Below are positions 52,341 to 64,000 of a stretch of 64,000 nt of DNA, piece by piece; position 1 is the stretch's first letter; each line of letters begins with the position of its first letter. The notes below the pieces were generated by a model. The model was not told the DNA's origin and did not search any database. It saw only the letters and a list, made by a program, of their open reading frames with translations. The DNA lies in the NCBI GenBank assembly GCA_951406725.2, contig OX597815.1:117800001-117864000 (forward strand), given 5' to 3'. The translations under genes were made by a program, and so were the position numbers. Source of the DNA: Octopus vulgaris. Its lineage: Eukaryota.

Positions 52341-54234
52341 AGATTAATCCATAATATCACTAAAATATGCATGGTTTTCTTTATATAATTATCTAAAATA
52401 GTTCTTGGGAGGAGATGGCCAAAGCAGGGAGCACCGACTTAATATTTCACTTCATTTAGTTCAATGCCCAAGCATTCTGATTAAATCTTAACTGATTTTG
52501 CTCGTTTCTGGAGTTCAATAAAATTCAGTCCAACCAATAGTATGCTGATTTCGATTCTCAAGGGAAAAAAATTCCAATATAATCATAATTACTTATTAGG
52601 CTTTCTCACTCCACTTGACATTTTCCATTGGCATTCATTATATGAAAACACAAACTTAGTAATATACTTAGAGTCATTAAAGGCCACACTGGAATCGCAC
52701 TTCTGCATGAGGTCACCCACCACTACCTCAACATCTATATATGCATACGTACACTCACACTCAAACATATATATACTTAAACACACTTAACAAACTTTAC
52801 TTCCATTTTAGTAATATTGATTTCTTGCATAGAAACAATGCTTTGGATTGGATTTATGGAGAAAATATTGTGATATCGTGTGATACTTGTAAATTTTTTT
52901 AAAGCATTAGCTAAATGACTGATACCAAGATTAGAAACCCATATTAGCTCAAAATTGACTCTCTTTTTCAGTGCCAGAAAAAGCGGCGTAGCTAGAGTGT
53001 GTGCTGCCCAGGACGGCCCTTAAGTTTGTCTCCCCCGACCTTATAGGAGCTGGAGGAAAGTCGGGAATAAGTTTAAGAAGATGCAACGGTTTAATTTTTA
53101 TGCTTGAAGAAACGTTACACGTGGAAACTCAAGAGTAACGACTCGTTGTTTTCAGCCGTAAACACACACACATACGCACACACACACACAAACACACACA
53201 CGCACGCACACATAACACATACTTACACACATATCATCATCGTAATTACCAACATGCATGTATATAAATGTGTCCGCTCCCGCAGTGCCACTGAAATCTA
53301 CAAAACTGGTGTTATTTATTAAGAAAGGAAATCATCCACCATGCTGATACAAAGAAAGAAAATATGGTACCTGATCGCAGAATTGTGTTTAATAGAAATA
53401 TAAGAAATATCCGAGAACAATTTTAAAATGTGTGTATAGATTTTCCAACAGAACAGCATGTTACGTTTGAGATATAGAGAGTCACCAGTTTCTTTGAAAA
53501 ATGTCTTAGATATATAGTTCAGCCGGAAGCTGACTTTGTATAGTTTTGATGTTTGCCGCCAATGTTTCGATATGTTATCGATCGAAGGTAATTCAGCTAA
53601 GTAAGGCATTTGTAAATGTCAGGTACTTGAAAGGGTAGTGGTGGATATTAACATGTTACAAATGCGGCTAAATACCTACATATTAAGAGTTTTGTAAACG
53701 TCAGCATATATGTATATTTTTTCAAAATTCCTCAGAATTTATCAAATAAGGAATTCAATACACCCCATGTCGATTTTACACATACACACACACAAATATT
53801 TTTTAGAACTTCTTTAGAATTATAGAGTAAGGAGGAATTAAATACACCCCACGTTGATTTTTATATATATATAGTGTTTATGCATACGTATATATTCTTA
53901 TATGTATATATTTATATGTACGTATACACACATACATATATATGTACGTATGTGTGCAAATAGTTAATATATGTGTAGGCGTAAAGATCTATGACGCATG
54001 CGTGAAATTATGGCTGTCAGTATGTTCATTTTTGAAGAATTCTAGAGAACATGAGAAATGATCTTCTGCATTTATAGAAAAGAACCAGAAATAGCGGAAC
54101 TGCGAATATACGCAGTTGTAAATGAGAAATACGGTGACGAAAAACAGATAATCTTGCAGACTTACAGACATCCAACCACCTGTTACTCACATGCGCAGTG
54201 TTCTATATATACGGGTGTGTGTATGTGTGTGCGG

Positions 54235-54289
<55 letters not shown>

Positions 54290-55005
54290 TGTATGTACGT
54301 GTGTGTATGTATGTGTGTGTGTATGTATATTCGTGTGTATGTATATTCGTTTATTTGCTTATGAATCTACATTTAGTTTGAGCAAATCTAATTCTAATTA
54401 AACTTTATTTAATTTGGAATTCGGTATGCAGTTTTCCTTTACAGGTGAGGGCTGTGGGATTAAAAACAATAGTTCCATAGACTCGGGAGTAGTCTAATAT
54501 TTGCAGAACCATAGATAGGAATTGGCTATCGTCTAACCAACTTTGGAACGCAGCGCAATCTGCCACTCATTTTGTAGGCAGTTGCTAATTCAAGACATTA
54601 CCTCAAAATATATATATCTTTGTAACGAAGGACATATTAGAAAAGCTTTCTTCTCATACCATTCCCAGTAGATTTATTTTTGTTGTTGTTGTTGTTTTTG
54701 GTGAAGTCGGCAAATATATTTTCTCACACACAATAGTAAGAGCGGTGATTATACAAATTATGTAGCAGTCAGACATAATTTTGATTGGGTTGATAAGTTA
54801 CTGAGAAAACATTTCCATATCGTGCTTGTCTATCCTGCGCAAAAATGTAATGCTGGTTGCACACACACACACACACACATACACACACGCCCACAACACG
54901 CGAAACACTCCCAGACACATATACACCCACAGACAGACAAACTTAGTGATGAGTTAAAACTGTTAAGAATATACAGTTACATTTAAACTCCATGCGTCGC
55001 AGATA

Positions 55006-55216
55006 TACTCTTTTACTCTTTTACTTGTTTCAGTCATTTGACTGCGGCCATGCTGGAGCACCGCATTTTAGTCGAACAAATCGACCCCTGAACTTATTCT
55101 TTGTAAGCCCAGTACTTATTCTATCGGTCTCTTTTGCCGAACCGCTAGGTGTCGGCGACGTAAACACACCAGCATCGGTTGTCAAGCAATGCTAGGGGGA
55201 CAAACACAGACACACA

Positions 55217-55272
<56 letters not shown>

Positions 55273-55440
55273 TATACAACAGGCTTCTTTCAGTTTCCGT
55301 CTACCAAATCCACTCACAAGGCATTGGTCGGCCCGGGGCTAAAGCAGAAGACACTTGCCCAAGATACTACGCAGTGGTACTGAACCCGGAACCATGTGTT
55401 TGGTTAGCAAGCTACTTACCACACAGCAACTCCTACGCCT
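55006..55440 (-). mobile_element. Full-length SINE family A copy
   Basis: Reverse complement of 39515-39930. Confidence 0.9.
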
Positions 55441-55569
55441 GCAAACAACATGAACAGTCACTCAACATCAAGCAAACAAACAAGGAAATAACAAATTTTA
55501 AATCCCCCTAATACTTTCAGTCCCGGTCAATATACATCTCTTCCCACCTCCAGACACCCAAACACATCT

Positions 55570-55848
55570 AAGCGCAGGAATGGCTGTGTGGTAAGTGTTA
55601 TAGAGAAGCAGAGGGTCGCCGGGCGCTGTCTGTCTTCTCCCATCCTTATCATCCTTGTATCGTTCTCATTCATTTCATTAATGTCTCGTCCAGCTCGCAA
55701 AGCTACCTTACTCTTTGTACTGTCTTTATGACAAATTTAATAAAATAAGTAGCTTGCTTACCAACCACATCGTTCCGGGTTCAGTCCCACTGCGTGGCAC
55801 CTTCATCAAGTGTTTTCTACTATAGCCTCGGGCCGACCAAAGCCTTGT
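55570..55848 (+). mobile_element. SINE-A 5' part interrupted by a 150-bp insertion
   Basis: GGCTGTGTGGTAAG ... TAAGTAGCTTGCTTACCAACC is continuous once the insert is removed. Confidence 0.85.
55596..55745 (+). mobile_element. Probable solo LTR
   Basis: Starts TGTTAT, ends ATAAAA (one change from the inverted ATAACA); TAAG duplicated at 55592-55595 and 55746-55749. Confidence 0.55.
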
Positions 55849-56039
55849 TCGGTCAACTACATACGCATCATGGTTGATACGCATTGTATGGTTGACTTGG
55901 AACCATACAATAAAAACAATCCGTTAGTATTACATACGTACATATACACCCATACTTATTATATATGCACACAAACATGTATTGCGTATTGTTTATTTCA
56001 TTCGTTCTGCAAGTATCGACGTTTGTTTGTTTGTTTGTT

Positions 56040-56081
<42 letters not shown>

Positions 56082-56189
56082 CATGTGTGTGTGCACGCGC
56101 ATGTGCCCAGGTTGAGAAAGGCAGAGAGAGAGACAATGAGGAATAATATATGAATAGGCAGAAAAAATAGAGACAGAGGATAAAGGAAG

Positions 56190-56249
<60 letters not shown>

Positions 56250-57124
56250 GTATTAGAAAGAGAGAAAGGGAACATCATATAAAGGATAATACAAACTGAA
56301 ACTCCTGAATGGGAGAATGAAAGTGGAGAGTGTTTCCCAGGAAATTCCACAGACATGTTATAACTCTGGGTGTGTCAGTATTACAACACTTAGACGTCTT
56401 TATTTATTACATAGTACATAGGGCGAGACAGCAGTAGATTATACCTATATACCATGTTCACCAGGGTGTATATATATATATATACATATATGAGGGGGCT
56501 ACATACACATATTATACAGACCATGTATGGGAGTGGGGTGTACGCACGCTAGAAGTACATTCGTAGGAGACCGTGTCTCGCGGTCGTAAAGCATGAATGT
56601 CAAGTATTCGATTCGCATCTGAACCACCCACTTATATTTTTATCAGCTAACGTTGTAAAACTCGGAAGAATTATGGTATTCTTGATATATATCTATGGGC
56701 AAGTCTCTGTCTGCCTGTCTGTCTGTCTATCTGTCTGAATATAAGGGTGGTGGAGTTTGTTGGACACTCTGCGGGATGGAAATCAAAACTTGTCAACGAA
56801 CAGATGAACTCAGTAGAGTCAGAGGCCATCTTAATAGCTGGGAGTCAAGGACCCCTTGTCTTTGCTTAGACATCTCTCTGGAAGAAGGAAAACTCTGATA
56901 TAAAGCTGTATTTTGTCTGCACCCAATACTGTAGAATAGTTCTTTTAGACAAGATGTATACGTTGCTTAGAGCGTGGGATTGGCCCCGTGCAACTAACTT
57001 TAAAAGGTTTCAGGCACAAGAATCGCTTGATATTTACCATTTCAGCTGTGTGTTGCTTAGTATGGCGGGCCATAACCAAAAAAAGAAAAATGCCTTGTGA
57101 GTGGATTTGGTAGACGGAAAACGC

Positions 57125-57285
57125 TCAATAAAAAATTCCATAATGGAATGAAGGCACGTGTCTGAGTAGTTGGGAAAGTACATTTTGATACCTGCTGCAA
57201 AAGATACTCGTCACTACCACATCGGAAAATCTGTGCAAAAGAGTGTAGGTCCCTAGGAGGGCTGAAAAGTCACATCTGGGATGGC
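57125..57285 (+). mobile_element. RTE-type LINE fragment
   Basis: FHNGMKARV (RT-like) joined to a [18 protein letters not shown] zinc-finger-like C-terminus. Confidence 0.55.
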
Positions 57286-57379
57286 ATTGCCCGAAATCGA
57301 GTCGCAACCATCATACATGTATGTATGTATGTATGTATGTATGTATGTATGTATGTATGTATGTATGTATGTATGTATG

Positions 57380-57730
57380 AGTTCAGAGAATAATTTAGTG
57401 AAGTTCCGAAACATCTTTCGGGTAGGATGGCAAGACATTCAAAAACAAAGTCTTGTAATAACAGGCGAACCAAGAACCTTTCAAAACCAAGATCAAGAGA
57501 AGGAATTGGGGATTAGCTGGGACACAATCTGTTTCCAATATCATAAGGCAAATTCTTCGAAGATAACTCAAAGGAAACGCAAGCGTAGTAGGCCAAAAGC
57601 AACGTTGTGAAGGTCGACAGAAACGGACGTAGCGGTAGGCGGCTATACCCGGAGACAGCTGCAATCTATTGCCAAGGATCCAGACAGATATAGATCTCTT
57701 GTTTCCACGTGGTGCTAAAAGATTAAGAAG
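57380..57730 (+). mobile_element. RTE-type LINE 3' remnant (second family)
   Basis: [48 protein letters not shown]; resembles the RTE C-terminal GKRxRGRPxxTW...AxDRxxWRxLV pattern. Confidence 0.65.
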
Positions 57731-57945
57731 ATGTCCATCAGAACTTGATTCTCAGTACTTGTGGTTCATTATAGTCTCTTCAAGGTCATAAAAGATTTTT
57801 TAAACCAAGTGTCAGTTTTGAGAAGCTAACGCCGCTGTAACTTTGATGCCTTGATGCCATTATTAACAATAGTTATTACTGATAATATAGTAATGCATTT
57901 ATATATTATGTGTGTGTGTCTCTTTCTCTCTCTCGCTCTCTGTCT

Positions 57946-58001
<56 letters not shown>

Positions 58002-58337
58002 ACACACACACACAGCTTCTACTTCACGGCCACACGTTAGTTAGTTTCTAGTTTTCTGTAGATCTGTTTCTACTTTGTTGATTAGGTTAAACGACAGGTC
58101 AATTCACGTGAGAAAATCTACCAAACGAACAAAGAGTGTATTTAATATCCTTTTCACAAACAGCTTATGTATTTCAATGTATTATTATATATGTGTATGC
58201 ATGCTCTTTAATGATATATCAATGTAAAATGACAAAGATTTATTCGATGTCTGCATGGGTGAGATATGACGTAGTTGAGCTTTGTGAACTAGCACAATTG
58301 TGCACTCTTGATAAGCTAACAACTGAATTCGTTTTTT

Positions 58338-58376
<39 letters not shown>

Positions 58377-58681
58377 CACAAATAATGAATGTCTCAGTGA
58401 AGTTAACAGTCTTTGTGTGTTTTTCAATGGCTAACATGCTTTCCGCGCTGTAATCGTTTTCGTTTCAACATACTGTCTCAGATCAAATCACTTAGATTTA
58501 CATACAAATATACCTCTCTCCCTCTCTCTCTATATATGTGTGTGTGTGCGCGCGACTATCAGTGCAGTGATTCTCCGTACAAATGACTTGGATATAGTAA
58601 AGACCTGATAAACTCTTTTAATTATTTCAGCCTTAAAATGACTCATAATAATTATTTTTCTACAATTAACATAAAACAAAG

Positions 58682-58720
<39 letters not shown>

Positions 58721-58721
58721 T

Positions 58722-58754
<33 letters not shown>

Positions 58755-60429
58755 CAACAAAGACATCCACCCATTTAATATTTATTTAGTAATATAAGTA
58801 AGAGCATATTATTAATTAGTATAACGTTTAGTTAGTAAGATAAGTAGGGGAATAATATATCTTCCTTTCGGCCCTACTTTTAATTAAGCTGGTTATATTT
58901 ACAAAGACGCCTTGGAATGAAACCGTTTAAAGGAGGTTTAAATTCTTAACCAGACACAAGCAGCAGTATCGCATCACCAAACCAAACTGGCAAACACACA
59001 CATGGTTCGTTCAACCCTTTGTTCTTAAAATAACTAATGCCAAATGTTTCTAGGGATTTCTCAGATTCAACCAGAGAACATTTTCCCATCCAGCCACAAC
59101 AAACAACTATCAAGGTCGGAGCAACAGTTGCAGAAGAAATATAATATAAAACAAGCTTCAAAGATCTAACTGGAACCCGAATGTAATTGTAATCATAAAC
59201 TGTCGATTCAATGGTAAACGCCTAAATATAACAATAGTTTATTTAGACAACGTAAAATAGAGCTCAGTGAAACGCTGAAGAGAATATATCGGAATGAGCG
59301 ATGGTTGTCGTCGTTGTGGTGGTTTCTGTCAGCACTAAGTCAGCTTTGATTCAGCGTAGATTTCGCGATAGGGTAGTTTAAAAGCTGAGTTTCTCAAACT
59401 AGTAAATACCAGTGCTTCACCCATCAAAAAACACATTCGTGAAATTTGTTTTTCCTCTCCCTATTCTCCATTAGTTGTATTTAACTTAGGCGCAAAGCCA
59501 TTTAAGAAAAGGTGATTAGTTGATATTGTTGACCCTTGTACTTGAATTGTACGACGACCCCCGAAAGGATGAAAGACAATGTTGATTTCGGTGGGATTTT
59601 GAACGTAGAACGTAAAGAACCTCAACAAACATCACAAGGTATTTTATTCGACAAAATAAAGTTTTATCCGTACAAACCTTCTTTCGTCATGGTGTTGCAG
59701 AGACCATCTTGCTTTTATTAAACATAGCAATTTGTTTAACCATTTTTAAAATCCTCACAGTCCCTGCCTCCACCACAAGAAGTTGGTTCCATATTACCAC
59801 CTTCGAGATGTGTAGAGATAAAAGATCAAAGAGTGAAAGAGATATTGAATGATCAATAGCTCTATACCACAGGATCAATCCAATGATAATTCGTTAAGTC
59901 TTTGAAGTACATATTGATACAATATTTCGATATATTACATAAAGGAAAATAATAACTCGATCGAAATGGAACCACGGAAAATAAATTATACCTTAGCAGA
60001 AAGATAAAGTTCTAAGTACCTTTCAATGTAATTCCAAGAAAAATTCTTTGTTAAAATATCATTTTAGAAATGTCTAGTCGATCAGTGCAAATCTTAAAGT
60101 AACTTTTATGCAGTCAACTTACATATACACATTCAAATATACGCATATTACATACGTACGTACATACATACATGCATACATACATACATACATACATACA
60201 TACATACATACATACATACATACATACATACATACATACACCAAGGATGTGGGACTGGCGCAAGGAGTGGTACTAAATAAATGAATTGCATTAGATAGTT
60301 CAATACTAGAGATCATAGTCACTTATAAAAGAAATATATACTTATATCCGGTTAATTCAACAATTACATCAATACTTATAACTGTTACTCTATAATATCC
60401 GTGTGTGAGATATATATATATATATATCA

Positions 60430-61288
60430 ATGGGCGGAGAAAAAGCAATATAGTTCTAAATGAAGATAAGTTCAATTTGATCCACTTTGGAAAAGTGGAT
60501 ACTCTGAAACATCCATATGCTCTTCCCTCGAGTGACTCCCTAGTGTCATCCAACAACACCAGAGACCTTGGAGTAAATGTTGATAACAATCTAAGCTGGA
60601 GTTCCCACGTAAACAACAAGGTTGAGTTGGCCCGCAAGATGTGCCCTTGGATTCTGAGAACTTTCAGGTCTAGAGATGCCCACACCATCATCCTTCACTA
60701 CTCTACTTTTGTCCGACCCCACCTTAAATATTGTTGCTCACTATGGTCTTCCCATGTGAAGCAACTCATTATTAAAGTGGAAGCACTCCAGCGGTCAATA
60801 ACAAGAAAGACAGACGGCATGAGAGGCATTGACTATTGGGGTCGACTAAAAAAACTCAATCTCTACTCTCTCCAACGTCCCCCGGAACGCTACATCACTT
60901 GTGTGATGTGGAAAATATTCCATCAATATTGCACAAATGATGTTGGCATCAGTTTTAAAATCCACCCAAGACTTGGCCCCTGTGCTATCTGCCCATTACA
61001 AAAATCGAACTCAGGACACATAACTTTACGTCACAACTACGTTACCTCAATCAGTCCAGCTCTCTTTAATATCATACCATAATACGTCAAAACGGAAACG
61101 GATTCCATAAAATTCAAAAGTTCACTGGACAAATTTCTTCAAAAAATCCCAGACCAACCTCCTACACCCGGATATGTCTTCAACAATAATAACTCTTTGC
61201 TAGAGTTATATATGGTGCTCCATATATGACTAAAAGACTTCACCAGGTGATGCTATTAAAGTTAGACCTGGCCTGAGCCTACAAGTTA
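60430..61288 (+). mobile_element. CR1-group LINE 3' fragment (ORF2 post-RT region, pseudogenised)
   Basis: ORF 60405-61082: LNEDKF, RDLGVNVDNNLSWSSHV, FVRPHLKYCCSLWS, RLKKLNLYSLQR, LFNIIP; after the stop, FKSSLDKFLQKIPDQP; 5'-truncated at a (TA)n. Confidence 0.9.
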
Positions 61289-61296
61289 TATATATA

Positions 61297-61728
61297 CAGA
61301 GTGTGGTGAATTAACTGCTGTCTAAATTACGCAAAAATGAAAAGAACACTGACATTTCATTTTAACAGATATATATACCGAAATTACATAAAAATATCTT
61401 GAAATACTAAAGAGTAAATGTATTCAATAAAATCGCTATTGGCTTCAACCACGGCCTCCAGACGACTTCGGAATCTCCTGCAAGACCTTGATGTTGACTG
61501 GATGTTTGATTTTTTATCACTCTCGGTACATGTTCGTATTGGAGCTTCTGGTGCGAATGACAAGCAGTACAGCATGTCGTTTCCAAATTTCTGAGTGCAT
61601 TGCGTCATTGTGTGGTTTTTCTCACAGACAGTGCCCAACTAACCCTACAATACTGTGTAGTCAAAAACACCAGCCGCATGCGCGAAATTAAAAGTATAAA
61701 ATGGCGACGATTCACTCATCGCTCCCTG
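61297..61728 (-). mobile_element. Internally deleted non-autonomous derivative of the 1914-3192 maT-like element
   Basis: TA-flanked; both ends and short internal patches match the 1914-3192 copy (e.g. GGCTTCAACCACGGCCTCCAGACGACTTCGG). Confidence 0.88.
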
Positions 61729-61802
61729 TATAAGAGTAAGCATATAACTGCGAAGCAAGATGGAAAAAAATAGTACTCGAATACCGGAGGTAGAGTAATA
61801 TG

Positions 61803-62505
61803 ACTTATTAATAAAGCAGTAAAGACATCACAAAAACTGTTACTCAGAGTTTCACGTTCCCGTTCGTGGGATAGTTTTGGTTGAGAATGGAACAAAAAGA
61901 AAGGTTACATGTATAAATATACAATTACCTTGATAAATACACATTTGAAATTGGTTTTGTTTCATTGGTATCTTTCAGCTAACGGTCTTTTCAATAATCG
62001 GTTATATTGTCTATTAGTTTGTTTGTCCGCAGACAGGACATCTCGAGAACCACTGGATGGATTTCGATGAGACTTTCAAGGATGTTTAGCCTCGTGACTG
62101 GCACGAACTGATTAGATTTTGGGGTCCATTCGGTACCGGACAAGGATTCTGGATTATTTTTCCTGCTTTTTTACTTAACTTTTGAGAACGGTCGGGTTCA
62201 TTTTTAGTATTCTCGTTTGTGAGAGCAGTCGAGTTCATTTCAGATATTCTCATTTTAAAAAGCATCTCTGGCTAATCGTTGAGAGGACGTTGGTGCTGCA
62301 TTGGCAGAAGTTTGCGCTCTCTAAGTGCTCTTGTTCGTAATTTTAATTTCATATAACCAATTTCAAGTGTATATCAATTAACGTAATTGTATATTTATAC
62401 ATATAACCTTATATGTAACCATTCTCAACCAAAACTATTCGACAAACAGGAACATGAAATTCTGAGTAACAGATTTTGTGATGCCTTTGCACTTTATTAA
62501 TAAGT
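61803..62505. repeat. ~150-bp inverted repeat (61803-61956 / 62356-62505) of a PLE-type terminal sequence; each arm carries a degenerate hammerhead (61833-61878 on -, 62431-62477 on +)
   Basis: Left arm, minus strand: AAAACTAT-CCCACGA-ACG[GGAA]CGT-GAAA-CTCTGAG-TA^-ACAGTTTT; right arm: AAAACTAT-TCGACAA-ACA[GGAA]CAT-GAAA-TTCTGAG-TA-ACAGATTT. Confidence 0.75.
62016..62335 (+). mobile_element. Helentron-associated (HINE/DINE-like) non-autonomous element, 5'-truncated
   Basis: GTTT repeat, CCACTGGATGGATTT block, 3' GGCAGAAG subterminal motif, GCGCTC...AAGTGC hairpin and T-rich end. Confidence 0.55.
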
Positions 62506-62526
62506 GTATATATATATTATATAATA

Positions 62527-62565
<39 letters not shown>

Positions 62566-62569
<4 letters not shown>

Positions 62570-62812
62570 CGTAGGAGTGGCTTTGTGCTAAGTAGCTTCC
62601 TTACCAACCACATGGTTCCGTGTTCAGTCCCACTGCGTGGCACCTTGGGCAAGTGTCTTCTACTATAGCCTCGGGCCGACCAAAGCCTTGTGAGTGGATT
62701 TGATAGACAGAAACTGAAAGAAGCTCGTCGTATATATGTGTGTCGATTTGCTCGACTAAAGGCGGTGCTTCAGCATGGCCATAGTCAAATGACTGAAACA
62801 AGTAAAAGAGAG
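62566..62812 (+). mobile_element. SINE family A copy with central deletion
   Basis: Head and tail match 39515-39930; the middle is missing. Confidence 0.88.
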
Positions 62813-62847
62813 TATATATATAGAGAGAGATATAGTAAGAGAGAAAG

Positions 62848-62912
<65 letters not shown>

Positions 62913-63762
62913 CACTCTACACAATCAATGATGATTTTATGGATACAACAATCCCAGTTGTAGAGATAACCCTTTTTTTCTTCTGCTAATCTGTCATTGC
63001 TGATTTTGTGCTCTCAGGGCAGGGCGTCCGTGAGAAATTTGGGTCAGTGCGAACAAGACTGCTTTTGGGTCCTGAGAAGATGGGAGGACGAATCTTCTCA
63101 AAGTTCAAAAGAACAGTAATTTCTTTATTTTATTTTATTTTTTCCTCTTTACGGGGAAGATCTCAGCAGTCATTGGTCCGACCTTGCTATACGGACTTCT
63201 GATCAATTTTGTGGATGTGTGAGATTGTGAACGCGCACACACAAACACGAGGAAGGGAATGGGAGACAGAGAGAGAGCGGAGGAAGAGAGTGGAGGGAGA
63301 GAACGGAGGGAGAGAGCGGAGGGGAGGAGGGAAGGAGGTAGGCCGGCATAAATCACACATATATACATACAGATTAACCCCATTCACCCACTTCATATAG
63401 GTCCTGCCCCCATATAGCCTTATCCTATGATTAGGATCTAGTGTTTTGAAAACCACCATAGAGACTCAGTACTCTTGTTACGCTTCCCTTCTCTCTAGTC
63501 TGAAATCATCGTTATCCATACAAGAAAGCTAATGAGATCTTGATAAGTTTCTTCCAACCACTTAAAGTATTCCAAAATTTTATCAGATTATTTTATCAAA
63601 TTTTCTACAGTGATGCAACTTCTTTGTTATTAATTTCTAGAAACAAATGAATGTGATTTTCATCAACAGTGTGCAGAACTATATTTAAAAAAAATAATTT
63701 GCTGATAAATAAAAGTACTTCAAGTGGTTGAAAGATAATTAACGAGGTTGAAAGATAATTTA

Positions 63763-64000
63763 TAGGCGCAGGAGAGGCTGTGTGGTAAGTAGCTTGCTTA
63801 CCAACCACATGGTTCCAGGTTCAATTCCACTGCGTGGCACCTTGGGCGTGTGTCTTCTACTATAAACTCGGCCCGACCAAAGCCTTGTGAGTGGATTTGG
63901 TAGACGGAAACTGAAAGAAGCCCGTCGTATATATAGATAGATAGATATATGTGTGTGTGTGTGGGGGTTGTCTGTGTCCACCCCAACATCGCTTGACAAC
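63763..64000 (+). mobile_element. SINE family A copy, running off the window
   Basis: TAGGCGCAGGAGAGGCTGTGTGGTAAGTAGC head. Confidence 0.9.

Noticed and set aside
60405-61082. 225-aa ORF as a host gene
   Set aside because: It is a 5'-truncated CR1-group ORF2 piece with a premature stop; its start lies in a (TA)n tract

Overview
AT-rich, microsatellite-saturated eukaryotic (metazoan) DNA with no intact long gene. The SINE repertoire resembles the tRNA-derived OK/OR-type SINEs described from Octopus, so a coleoid cephalopod origin is inferred, not proven. Almost all ORF-track entries are translations of simple repeats or SINEs. Supportable features: several SINE families, decayed Tc1/mariner elements (one maT/DD37D-like, one mariner), hAT- and Merlin-type MITEs with target-site duplications, Helitron/Helentron-type non-autonomous elements, CR1- and RTE-type LINE remnants, a probable solo LTR, and Penelope-like element (PLE) remnants. 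The most notable signal is a set of minimal type I hammerhead-ribozyme folds from apparently different repeat families (12.7, 24.3, 28.2/28.4, 45.6, 61.8/62.4 kb). Three of these loci lie in head-to-head inverted repeats, one copy has a fully canonical core, and one predicted cleavage site nearly coincides with the inversion junction. Also noted: a SINE nested twice at the same site within its own family, and a CpG-depleted domain of about 29 kb (13.4-42.4 kb) that may be a methylated gene body containing low-confidence candidate exons. All calls were made by eye; no database searches or folding programs were run.
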